Shown one piece after another: positions 1 through 11,499 of a stretch of 64,000 nt of DNA. The notes under the pieces are model-generated. The model made no database searches and was not told where the DNA came from. It saw nothing but the letters and a program-made list of their open reading frames with translations. Numbering within the stretch: the stretch's first letter is position 1; the number at the start of each line of letters is the position of its first letter. The translations under genes and the position numbers were made by a program. Source of the DNA: Mobula hypostoma (lineage: Eukaryota); assembly GCF_963921235.1 (NCBI RefSeq), contig NC_086108.1, forward strand, positions 51,956,001 to 52,020,000, in the 5' to 3' direction.

Positions 1-79
1 CCTCTTCTTGGAATGGTATCTTGTTAATTTTAAATTCCACTCTTGAGTTTGTAGAGGATAAAGTCATTTGGAATCTCAT

Positions 80-1125
80 GTGGTTGGCCAAATCTGAACA
101 TCCAATCAACTCATACGGTTGAAAGATAAAAAGGATTGTGGCCTGCTGGAAATAAATCCTGTTGGATTTTCTGGTAAGATGTCACCTTGTAGTAAACAAT
201 ATCCTGTGAACAGAACATCTATCAAAGGTATTTTTACCTATTATCAACCAGTTAGAGGAGTGAGGGATTCTTGTTGAAACTCACAACCTGTTGAATAGTC
301 CAGTCTGGCCTGCTAAGAAAGTGAATGGTACCTGGAGACTGACAGTAGATTGCTAGGTTGCTAATCAATGTATTGCCCCTCTTGTAGCAGATCAGTCAAC
401 TCTTTTCAATGACTCAAAGCCATCGTGCAAGTGGTTTACAGTTATTGATATGGCCATTGGATAATAATCGTTACCATTGGCACCTGAATGTCACTTGTGG
501 TAGGCTTTCACAGTTAATACTAAACAATACCAGTAGATAAAGCTACACAAGGGCTCCACAATGGTCCCACTGTCTATCACATGGCTTTGAGACAACATCT
601 TAGGGACTATTGATTTGACTATTGCATTCGAAGCTGCAGACCTGCAGGAACATGATATGCTTTAATTTGTCAATTATGTGTCCTCCAAAGGTCACTAAGC
701 AAATCTAGAAAAGGCACAATTGCAACAAGAGGAAGTAAATTACTTGGGACAGAAAATTTCCCAAAGTAAAAGGGATATCACTGAGGATTGTACAAAAGTG
801 GTTAAGTCAGCAAAGCCTCCTACAACAGTTCAGCAACTCTGGTCATTTCTGGGTTTGTGCAACTACAGCAGAGCCTGGGTCAATTCATATGCTGAAATTG
901 CTCAACCACTCAACAATCTGCTGAATTAATCAGACAACCCTTGTGATTCTTAATGAAGAACAATTGCAAGCATTTCAAACTTTTGGAGGTGGTATTGTGT
1001 ACTGCATCTGCATTAGCAATCCCCGATACAGGTAAACTTTTTATCCTGTATGTCAACGAGAAACATGGCTACATCTCAAGAACATGGAGACTGACAGTGT
1101 CCTGTTGGTTATTACTCTGGACAAT
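80..1125 (+). pseudogene. pol: Decayed endogenous retrovirus pol (RT, thumb and connection), class III/spuma-related-like
   Basis: Manual translation across stops and frameshifts gives KDCGLL..KQYP..NSPVWPAKKVNGTWRLTVD..WFTVIDMA..AFTVNTKQY..QGLHNGPT, then ORF 720-929 (EVNYLGQKIS..PTTVQQLWSFLGLCNYSRAWV), then ALAIPDTGKLFILYV..PVGYYSG. The YxDD region is degenerate. Confidence 0.85.
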
Positions 1126-1139
1126 GTAATATTAAAATG

Positions 1140-1690
1140 TGGTCAGTGCATTTCAATTCTACTTCCCATTCCCATTCCAACATGGCAGTCCATGGCCAGC
1201 TGCACCGCCACAGTATTCCATCTCGGTACCCTCCAACCTGATTGCATAAGCATTGATTTCTCATATTTCTGGTAATGCCCCCCCCCCCCACTTCACCATT
1301 CCCATTTCCGTTTCCCTCTCTCTCTTTATGTCCTGACCTGCCCGTCATCTCCCTCTGATGCTTCCCCCTCCTACCTCCCTTTCTTCTATGGCCTTCTGTC
1401 CTCTCCCGCTATCAGATTTCCCCCATCTCCAGCCCTTTATCTCTTTCATCCATCAGCTTCCCAGCTCTTTACTTCACCCATCCCCATTTTCTGCTTTCAC
1501 CTATCACCTACCATCTTGTACTTCTTCCTTCCCCGCTCCCCACCCCAACCTCCTTGCTCTAATTTCTCATCTTTTTTCCCCAGTCCTGATGAAGGGTCTC
1601 AGCGCGAAACATCAACTGTTTACTCTTTTCCATAGATGCTGCTTGGCTTGCTGAGTTCCTCCAGCATTTTGTGTGTATTGCTTCGATGTT
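1140..1690 (+). mobile_element. Penelope-like element 3' end (end of the GIY-YIG ORF, pyrimidine tract, hammerhead-bearing tail)
   Basis: HFNSTSHSHSNMAVHG..VFHLGTLQPDCISIDFSYF, then a CT-rich tract and CAGTCCTGATGAAGGGTCTC..GAAAC..ATAGATGCTGC..CCAGCATTTTGTGTG. Confidence 0.75.
1581..1618 (+). ncRNA. Minimal type-I hammerhead ribozyme motif (degenerate)
   Basis: CAGTC-CTGATGA-A-GGGTCTCAGCGC-GAAAC-ATC-AACTG; stem I is CAGTC/AACTG; mostly CpG-decay changes relative to the 35874 copy. Confidence 0.6.
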
Positions 1691-1915
1691 TCAGGAACCA
1701 CTTTTTTCCCCTCCATCATCAGATTTCTGGATGGACAATGAACCCATGAACACTTCCTTAGTACTTTTTCCTTCTCTTTTTGCACTGCTTATTTAATGTA
1801 ATTTTTAAAATATATACTTTATTTTATAGTTTTTATTATTGTGTGTTGCAATGCACCGTTGCCATTAAACATCAAATTTCACAACTTGTGCCTGTGATAT
1901 TAAATCTGATTCTGC
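1691..1915 (+). mobile_element. Rex1/Babar-like LINE 3' tail fragment
   Basis: TTCAGGAAC..CCCTCCATCATCAGATTTCT..AT-rich UTR ending in a TAAATCTGATTCTG-type tail. Confidence 0.5.
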
Positions 1916-2981
1916 TTCCACTTGTTCTCCCAAGATGTAACCTTTATCCACCCTTATCTATGCTGATATTTAAAAATAGACAATAGAGAGATCTGTCAAC
2001 CATATTTTTCTCTTTTTGCAGAAATCTATTAAGTCTATTTAATTATGAGGATTTTCCTTGTGCTTAGTGCTGGTTTGCAGTCACCTCATTGTAAAGTGTG
2101 TCATGAATGAAGATAGAATTCTACTTTGCTGTGATGATTTCTCCATTGTAATCTGAACAAAGTTCTCTTGCACATATTACTGAAAATTATGGCTGGTGTG
2201 AAATAGATCTCAATACAATCTAGTGTATTCTAGACTTGTAACCTCTGTAGTATAAAAGGTATTTCATAGGAAATTTGATGGACTTTTCCTTTGGGAGTCT
2301 GAAGGGTTAAGTTCCATTTCCCAAAGGTTTGCTGACTTGGATCCATCAGCTATTATAGTTAGGGCGGTGTTGCCCTTTAAAGTCTGAATGCCTTAGTAAA
2401 ATGACTAATAATTCCCTGCAAAAAAAAACAGATGTTTCAAAAATGCTTCTAAATATCATAATGGATGAGACTTTGCCTGTCTCTACCATCTCTTTATTTT
2501 CATTTGATTCCTCTACCTCAAATAGTAATTAATTGCAGTCTGTTGTGTGTTGAGCCGTGAGCTCATTTGTGTGGTTGCATAAGGCACAAGGTACTTGCTG
2601 AATCTGATGCCCAAATGCACCACGGGGAGCATTATTCAGCGGGTAGCTGGAAATCAGAGGGTAATAAGAGCTTACACAGACAATCTGACTGTTACTTTGG
2701 CTTTGAAGCTGGGGTTCAGGAGGTAATTTCAAAGACAAAGAGATTCACTGTCAAAACAAAATGTGTGACAGTAATGTTACATTATGTGCAATTGTTTTTG
2801 TGAGAGGAACCACAGAACTGTTGGAATGTTCGTGCAGAATATTGCCTCTCTACATAGTCCACATCTGTGCAATGATTTCATTGTGGGAATTCTACCCTCA
2901 TGACAGAAGATGACCCAAGGCCGTAACATCAATTTGCTTCTGCTTCCATCATTGATGTTTCTGAACATCGTTTATCAATTA

Positions 2982-4446
2982 CAGTGGATTCCAATTAATT
3001 AGGGCATATCATATCGAGACCAGTGCATCTTGGCCCAATTAAACGGCTGCCCCAATTAGCTGAAGTTTCATGGGAATAGTTAAAAGATTTAACAAAAACA
3101 AACTGCTTTGAACTGAGTAACACATTATACATTTAGATGAAATACGGAACAAGTTGGAACACCACCAATACTACTCCAGTATAATAAAACTGTATTAGTT
3201 TCTAATAGTTATCAACAGAAGAATTTATCGCTGCCATGTTCTTTTGATTAAATGAAGAAAAATCAGTGCAAACACCTAGTGCAGATAATAGACTGCCTTC
3301 AATACCTTCCTGCAACATAAAAACCCAAAATGATCAAAAATCACTGCTCTTTTTAGTTGCTCCCATCAGCCCAAATGGATAACCGAACACAAACAGAGAT
3401 GACGCTATTTTTTAAAAAACTGTTCGCTCCATAATGTCTAACGGCCATTTCTGGCATCTCCAATCTGAATGCTTGAAACCACAGTGAGCAAAACAGTTCT
3501 GAGTTGGCTTACTGTTCATTTCCTGCCAACTATCAGTGACAAAATCACTGTTTTTTGAACACAAACACACGCAACTAACACTTTTTTAAAACTGTTATCT
3601 AAGCGCGGTGTACAGTCTAACGGCCACACGAATGCACACGACTAATGCTCATTAGAAACTGTTCAACAACAGTCTCTTGTCCCATTTAAGCAGCATAGTG
3701 TCCCAAATGGCGGGAGGAGAGAAAGCAGCGCGCTGGGCATGCACAGCCCTCTGGTGAAAAATGATATCGTATCTGTTAAATAGGGGCCGTGGACAATTCT
3801 GATTTGATGGAGATGGACGTGAAAGCACAGAGGAACATCTGGAAAAATTTCTGAAACACTAGTTCGCTGCTGTCGTTACTGCATGGTCGGGAAACTTTCG
3901 GTGGGAAGGCCTCAAAATCCCCGGCTTTGCCTGCTGTTGGCGACTGAGATGGAGGTCGAATCGCTTGGATAGAGATGGCGCTCAGTACTCTGTGTCAGAG
4001 AGCTGATCAGAGCTTGAAGTTTTCGGATGACTCAGAGTCAGACCGTGGTCGGGTATGGCAGGGAGAGTTTTTCTTCCTTCTCTCGTCTGCGTGAGATGTG
4101 GGACATTTGAGAGACTTTGAACTTTTACTGTGCTCATGGACTTCTTCATCAAGTTATGGTATTGTTGCACTGTTGTAACTACATGTTATAATTATGTGGT
4201 TTTGTTAGTTTTTTTCAGTCTTGGTCTATCCTGCGTTTCTGTGATATCACACCGGAGGAATATTGTATCATTTCTTAATGCATGCATTACTAAATGACAA
4301 TAAAAGAGGACTTTGTGTCTTCATAATCTAATAATAAATGAAGGAAATCCCAACTATTCTTGTAAAGACTATTTGTTGTTTTAACAGTTATCCCAAACGA
4401 GTGGCTGCCCTGAATAACTAAAGGCCCAATTTACCAGAATCTACTG
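2982..4446. mobile_element. Non-autonomous Tc1/mariner (Tigger/pogo-like) DNA transposon
   Basis: TA|CAGTGGATTCCAATTAATT ... AATTTACCAGAATCTACTG|TA terminal inverted repeats with TA on both sides; interrupted by the 3707-4335 insertion. Confidence 0.7.
3707..4335 (+). mobile_element. SINE-like non-autonomous retroelement nested in the DNA transposon
   Basis: CpG-rich 5' end (ATGGCGGGAGG..), 3' end ATGACAATAAAAG..CATAATCTAATAATAA; the host element appears to resume on both sides. Confidence 0.55.
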
Positions 4447-4589
4447 TATCTAGATCTAATTTTCTGTCTTCCCTGAAGGTGATGGCTCAGCTTTGAACAT
4501 GCTCTGAAACTTGTCAGAGTATAAATTCTTAATGTGCAGGTTTGATTATAGATATTCGACAGATGTTCCATCATGGTTTATCTCGCCTC

Positions 4590-5030
4590 TGGCTGAGAGA
4601 TTATAGGTGAGACTAAGTGAGGGGAGGAAGGTAGATGAGGTGGGGGAAGGGGGATGAAGTAAGACCCTGGGAGGGCATGGATGAAGAGGTAAATGGCTGA
4701 AGAAGAAGGAATCTGATAGGAGAGGACAGTGGACCATGGAAGAAAGGGAATGAAGATGGAAAACAGTGGATGCTGATAGGTGGGTGAAGAGAAGAAAACG
4801 GGTGAGAGGGGAACCAAAAAGGGGAATGGAAAAAGAGAAAAGGAGGGAGGTAAGAGAAATTAATAACCATACCGTAAGGTTGGAGGCTACCTAGCCAGAA
4901 TATGAGGTGTTACTCCTCCAATCTGAGTTTAACCTCATCATGGTAGTAAAAGAGGCCTTGGACTGACACTTTGGAATGAGAAAGGGAAATTAAATTGAAA
5001 TGAATGACCATTAGGATATCCCACCTTGCG
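4590..5030 (-). mobile_element. Penelope-like element fragment
   Basis: Reverse strand gives VSVQGLFYYHDEVKLRLEE*HLIFWLGSLQPYG, homologous to the 1140 copy, plus the purine-rich tract on the + strand. Confidence 0.7.
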
Positions 5031-5054
5031 TGGTGGATGGAGTGAACATATTCC

Positions 5055-5432
5055 AAGGGGAGATCTGATAGAGGTTTATAAGATTATGAGAGGCAGGGAG
5101 TATCTTCTTCCCAGGGTTGAAATGTCTAATACCAGAGGACATGCATCTAAGGTGAGAGGGGGCAATTTCAAAGAAGATGTGAAGGGCAATTTTTTTTTTT
5201 TTTTTTTTTACACAGAGTGGTGGGTTCCTGGAAAGTGCTGCCAGGGGTGGTGATAGAGGCAGATACATTAGGGACTCTTAGGCACATGAATGTGAGGAAA
5301 ATGGAGGAATATTTACATTGCACAGGCAGAAGAAATTAGTTTAGTTGGCTATCTGAATACTAATTTAATTGGTTCAGCACAGCATTGAAAGCCAAAGGGC
5401 CTGTTCCTGTGCTGTACTGGTCTATGTTCTAA
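5055..5432 (+). mobile_element. CR1 LINE 3' end
   Basis: RGDLIEVYKIMRG..SNTRGH..FYTE, then a GGGCCTGTTCCTGTGCTGTAC tail. Confidence 0.85.
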
Positions 5433-5521
5433 AGGTAGAAATATTGTATGGAAAAGATGCATCCAAATTAGGGGACTTCATTTGGTGCTTCCAAGTATTT
5501 CTGAAGATCTTGGCTAAGGAA

Positions 5522-5960
5522 GATAGCATCATAGAATTGTACAGCATAGAAGTAGGCCCTTCGGCCCATAATCTCTATGCCAACCATTATGCCAATCGAT
5601 ACTAATCCCACTTGCTTGCATCTGTTCCATGTTCTGCTCATTCGAGTATTTATCTAGATGGTTTCAATGTTGTTATGACTCCTGCTCCATGACCTCCACT
5701 GGCAGCTCATTCCAGATACCAATTACTTGTTCTGTGAAAAAAATAATTACCCCTCGGCTTTTTAATACTCTCCACCTTAAACCTATGCCCTCTAGTTTTA
5801 GGTATCCCTCCTGAAGGGAAATAGAATCTGGCTGTCTAATCTCTCTTTGCCTCTTATAATTTTATATAATTCAGTCATGTCTCAGCCTTCTTTGCTTCAG
5901 GGAAAACAGACCTAGCCTATCCAATTTCTCCTCATAATTCAAGCTAACTAATCTAGTTTT
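5522..5960 (-). mobile_element. CR1 LINE 3' end
   Basis: ACAGCATAGAAGTAGGCCCTTCGGCCCA is the reverse complement of the CR1 3' hairpin/tail; ACCTATGCCCTCTAGTTTT encodes TRGH on the minus strand. Confidence 0.8.
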
Positions 5961-7870
5961 TCATGGAGCTTTTAATAAGACTTTCAAATTATATATGGAC
6001 TCATCAAAGTTCTGTGGATGAATATCAAGTTTCTGGTACTCTGGGTGTGACCACCTCAGTAAAAGTTTCATCTATGGGTGGTCCTGTGTATATGCAGCTG
6101 CAGTTCCTTGACTTTGTCAGGCAGGAGCTGAAGTTGGGTGGACTTTCCAAAGTCGGGGAAACTGTTAGGTATCGTGTAATTGCACATCTTACAGGAGAAG
6201 CATTCCTCTGCCTTAACCACCATCATGTCTACACTGAATTAAGGACTAAGGATATCCAGGCAACAAAAAAAAGCTCACCTGTTCTTACCTGTACCTTCTC
6301 TCTGACATCTTTGAGTTTTGCCCTCACATGGGTCATTTACTCAGCGGCTTCTCGCTGAGCTTGTTATAACATTGAATCTAACTTCTCAAGCCTAAATTCT
6401 GCAATCAAAATAAACGATTACAAATGTTTCATCACCCTTAGCCACTGCCTCTTCTTGCTGAAGCCTGTTGAGCCAAAGCCTCCCACTCTAACCCTTCCAT
6501 TTATTTGCATAGTTGATCCCTGATTGCAGAGCAATGGAGCTTAGGTTGCCTTCAACATACCTCAGCACAAGTCCCAGGAAATTGTAAGAAACATTGATGC
6601 AGGCCATTGTTTCTCAAACCTTTCTTTCACAGCTCTTCTGTCAAACTGATCTCCTGCTTCTAATTTTACTCTTCACAGAAGAAGCACCTGGGGAGAGAAG
6701 ATACAGGAAGTGATCAGTAATATTTGTTTTTTTTTTAATTTTTGCTTTTGACTGTTATTTGGCAACATTTTATATTTCAGCATTCGAGGAAGACTGGTGA
6801 GAATAGATCACCTTGTCTCTGAGCCCTAAATCTCCTTTAATTTAAAGAGTGGAAGTTCATGTTTGGGGATTGGCTTCACTTTTACTGATGGCTGCTGATC
6901 TGACTGGGAGGTAGATCCTGATACTAATTTCATTACTGCTGTTTTATCTCTTTATGCAAGAAGGGTCCAAGATAAAACTTTACCATTGCTTTTCAAGTAA
7001 AACCCATCTGATTTTTCGTGATTTTTCCACATTGTCATGTGGAAATATATCAAATGTATAATGTAAAACAGTGTATGAAATTACGTTATTAATGCAAAAC
7101 ACTGGATTTCTTTTTCATACTTTCCTATAGTATTTTCTAAATCAGAGTTTGGAGCAGAGTAAATAAATGGCACACAAATAGATAGGCACCTCATTTGGGG
7201 TTTTGCAGCAAATTGACTCTTGCTGTCTGCTGCTATGCCATTGAACGAATACACTTCCTATGTCATTACTCCCTTTGTCATTAAAATGCTCATTATCTGG
7301 AAATGTTTTACCGTATCTGCAGCTTCCCTCGGGAGAACAAAGGAGTTCATCACTGATTAGAGTAACAGTTTATTCTGTTCTCAGGAGAGCCAGGGCAGAG
7401 CAGGTCAGGTAACAGATTCCTGGGTAAGCTATTAGCAGGCTGCTGTGTTTCCTCCCCAACATACACTGTCTCCCACTCCATATTGTTATCTATTGATTTA
7501 TTTCTTCGTAAGTCATTAAAGGAGACATTAGTTTCTACAATTCATCTTCACAACATTACTGGGATTTTGGTTCAAAACTTTTGTTTTTGTCAGTTTATTT
7601 AATTATTTGGAATAATTAAAGCTATATATAATTTTTAAAGTACACTACACTGCCTTCAGTTTTAATTGGTTTCTATCTTTATTGATGTACAACATCGTTT
7701 GTACTGGGATCAAATTGCCTTCTATTCCCAAAACCAAAATAAGGTAGATACTTATAATAAATTGAAGTGCAAAATGCTGGAATAATTCAGGCATTATCCC
7801 TGCAAGGGTTAATATTTTGAGTCAGAACTCTTTTGTTAGAACTGTCAAGAAGCTAAGTATTACATTTATA

Positions 7871-8061
7871 AGCAACACACACAAAAAATGCTGGTGAACA
7901 CAGCAGGCCAGGCAGCATCTATAGTTATTCCTGATGAAGGGTCCTGGCCTGAAACATCGACTATACCTCTTCCTATAGGTGCTCCCTGGCCTGCTGCGTT
8001 CACCAGCATTTTTTGTGTGTGTTGCTTGAATTTCCAGCATCTGCAGATTTCCTCGTGTTTG
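7871..8061 (+). mobile_element. Short partly palindromic Penelope-derived insertion with hammerhead motif and 19-bp TSD
   Basis: Arm 7871-7924 is the reverse complement of about 7974-8026; CTGATGA at 7931..GAAACATCGACTAT; GTATTACATTTATAAGCAA occurs at 7857-7875 and 8069-8087. Confidence 0.8.
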
Positions 8062-8419
8062 AATTTTTGTATTACATTTATAAGCAAGTATTAAGACAGG
8101 AAAAAGTGGAGCGATGGAGTCAGAGGAGTTAGGAGTGGTGTACAATGAAAGGGAAAGTCTCTGATAGCTGGAAAACTATAAATATGAACAGGATAATGGT
8201 AGTAATCAGACAATAGGAAGCAAAAGGTGAATCAGAAGGAACTTCAAATGATACCAAGTGGACTCATTACCAAAAACTGTTGCTGAAAAAGTTAGTTACA
8301 AAGTTGCTTCTGGAGACTTGTAAGTACAGAAACTAATCTAGAAAACTATGGTTAGAGAGTGTGAAGCAGGGCATTAAAATAAAATAGCAATTGATAGAAG
8401 TATAGCAATTGATAGCAAG

Positions 8420-9350
8420 TTCAGGTTCAAAATCAAAGTTAATTGAAATATACACAAGTACATGTATGTACAGGTGCAATAAGCTTGCAGCATCACAGGC
8501 ATGTTACATCATATAAGCAGCATTCACAGGAAAAACAAATTAATCATAAATTTTTTTTGCAAGAAAGCATAATTTGAACATTTTAGTGTAAGACTGTCAA
8601 TGTGATCATAATGTTGCTTAAATCTAGTGACTGGGCTTTTGCTATTTGGTTCAGGAATCAAAGGGTTGAAGGGAAGTTATCTGTTCTTGAACCTTGTGCT
8701 GTGGGACTTTAGGCTTCTCTACCTCCTGATGCTACCCTTGAAAAGATGCCATAGCCCAGGTGATGGAAATATTTGACATAGCCCATAGATGGCATAGCCC
8801 AGGTGATGGGAATATTGGACGTAGCCCATAGATGGAATAGCCCAGGTGATGGGAATATTTGACATAGCCCAGGTGCTGGGAATATTTGACGTAGCCCATA
8901 GATGCCATAGCCCAGGTGATGGGAATATTTGACATAGCCCATAGATGGCATAGCCCAGGTGATGGGAATATTTGACATAGCCCATAGATGCCATAGCCCA
9001 GGTGATGGGAATATTTGACATAGCCCATAGATGGCATAGCCCAGGTGATGGGAATATTGGACATAGCCCATAGATGGCATAGCCCAGGTGATGGGAATAT
9101 TTGACATAGCCCATAGATGCCAAAGCCCAGGTGATGGGAATATTTGATGATAGATGTTGCCTTCTTGAGGCAGTGCCTCCCGCAAATACTACCACTAGTG
9201 GAGAGGAATAGTCTATCTAGACTACAGAGTCTATCACTTTCTGCAGCTTGTAGCATTGCGGCACATTTGAATTGCCGTACCAGGTTATGATAAATCAATC
9301 AGGATAGTTTCAACTGTACATCTGTAGGAGTACACCAGAATGTTTGATGA
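8420..9350 (-). mobile_element. Rex1/Babar-like LINE 3' portion containing a minisatellite
   Basis: Minus strand RHCLKKATSIIK(YSHHLG..), homologous to HCRKKAASIIKDPHHPGH..LPSGRRY at about 17480-17570. Confidence 0.7.
8745..9147. repeat. 43-bp minisatellite, about 9 copies (one 26-bp partial unit)
   Basis: Unit GATG(C/G)CATAGCCCAGGTGATGGGAATATTTGACATAGCCCATA repeated head to tail. Confidence 0.95.
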
Positions 9351-9359
9351 CAAGCCTCA

Positions 9360-9998
9360 CTGTTGACTTTGTGTTTAATTTCACTGTGAAAATGTCAAAA
9401 AGAGCTACAGATACCTAAATGGGTAACAATGAGAAAAAGAGAAGGAATCTTCTCTATCAATAACACAGAAAGTGGAGTTATTGCAGAAGCTTGATCGTGG
9501 TGTGTCTGTACGGCGTCTTACTGAAGAAAATAGTGTCGGAACTACCAGTGTATATGATTTAAATAAACAGACAAGTTACCGAAGTTTTATAGTGACAGTG
9601 ACGTCCTACATTTATTCCAATAAGTCATTTACCATGTGTTTGATTCGGTTCATTTGAAGTGTATATTTTTGTTTTATTGAATGTTTTTGTTGGAAATAAA
9701 ATTTCTTCTTGTCATTGTTCCCTAAAAAATACAATATAACAATTATTAACATAGCATTTACATTGTATTAGGTATTATAAGTAATCTAGAGATGATTTAA
9801 AGTATACGGACGGATGGGCGTATGTTTGGTGTGGCACTGGGTCCTAAAGTCCATCACACTAAGACCGGTGAAATAAGGGACTTGAGCATATGTGTTTTTT
9901 GGTGTCGGGGGGGGGGGCGCACGGTCTGAAATCTGAAAAATTCTAAATTCCAAAATGCAACTGGCCCCAAGGATTTTGGATAAGAGATTGTGGACCTG
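9360..9998 (+). mobile_element. Tigger/pogo DNA transposon deletion derivative (CENP-B-type HTH N-terminus and right TIR)
   Basis: MSKRATDT..KKRR..SITQKVELLQKLDRGVSVRRLTEENSVGTTSVYDL; ends GGATAAGAGATTGTGGACCTG|TA. Confidence 0.8.
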
Positions 9999-11499
9999 TA
10001 TTATGCCTTTGGAAGTTCATGCTTACCTCATTCACTATCTTTCCCTGATGGACCATCTCTGTTCTTTCACCAAATTGTTAGTGAGGCACAATTTGCCTCT
10101 GAAACAGAGAAATATTCACAAATTCTTATTAAAAATTACATTCTGAAAATTGTGACAGTTTTATAAAGATAAAAAAGTAAACTGCATCCAGTAAAAACAA
10201 ACTAATTTCTGTTCAGATGAATATTTTTAAAAAGCCATAAATTATCTAATAATCCCACACATCAGAATTCATCGGCTGTAACCAGACATCAGTTTCTTGA
10301 AAAGATTCCTTGGCTTCTGTGGGTGGTGGATAGTTATTTCAATTTCATACTCTGCTGCTAGACTCTGTCATAAGTCCCTTATTAGAGTACATTCAGGAAT
10401 TGTCAATGAAGAGCAGTCAGCACTTAAACATTTGTGTGCATGTGATCATCTCATTCCTAGAAGCAGCTCCCAAATGAATTGATTGCAAAATCTAGGTCAA
10501 GTAAAACCCAGGTTGCAGAAATCTATCTGTAAATTGGAGCAAACTTTCTCCCTTTTGTGGATAAATGCAGAAATTGTAAAGCTTCTCATTCAACTATTGA
10601 AGTTAGTGAATGCATCAAGAATCAAGCAATTCAGTATTGAAGTAAAGAAAAACAGTTGAAGTCAATAAATGTAATAAGCATTCATAACTTTGTGGATCCT
10701 AGTTCTGTTCCTTGTCCTGTATCTGTACTGGGTGTTTATTAATAAATTGATAATGCTGTACACTTAGTGTCGTACTTTGTTGCTGATATCATCAGCTTTG
10801 AGATAATTTTTCTTCTAATGATATGGCTGATTCTCTACAGATTTGTTGTTTTATCTGATCCACATACTCATTGAGCCTAAAATTTATCAGTCCATAAGGA
10901 AAGAGTTAAATTTGACTCTTCCTTTGTGCATGTTAAAATCTGTAAGACAAAATGGTATCTGTTTGGACTGTGGCAATGACCTGCCTTCCTGCTTACTTGA
11001 TCAATGGTTTGTCTTTATTTTGAATGCACTTTGTTAAGATTAGATGCTGTTGATGAATATTTTCCTCATTACACACTTGCTGTCATTATTTTTAAGTTGT
11101 GTATGTCTGTGCTGAAGGCTGTGAAATATATAAAGGGGTCTTGACAGATTAAATGGGGGCAATTTCTTTGTGTAAGTGGAGAATCTTCTCTTAGGCTTGA
11201 TTGTGATTGGTGCTAAAATCTATAGATAGAGACAAGGACATCACAAAAGAGAGAGTCTCGAAAGGCTGTAGATCATTTGTGGTTCCCTCCAGCAGTATAT
11301 TGTGCAGTGTGGATGAGTATTATCTTGTTTCTTTTGCTATAATAAGTTAATAAAGTACTTTTAAACACATTTTCAGTGCATCCTTTGTTTGCTAATACCT
11401 ATTGCAGCGGAATCAGAAAATTACTAGGAATGAAACTTTAATTACTTTTTGTTACACAGCCGTAGTGCTGAATACACTGTGTATTTCCAAGTTAATAAG

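Noticed and set aside
5963-6358. 131-aa ORF as a host gene
   Set aside because: No recognisable domain or splice structure; probably degraded repeat sequence.
8745-9147. CRISPR-like array or repetitive protein gene (ORFs 8709-9298)
   Set aside because: There are no unique spacers and no cas genes, and the context is eukaryotic. The ORFs are a by-product of a stop-free 43-bp unit.
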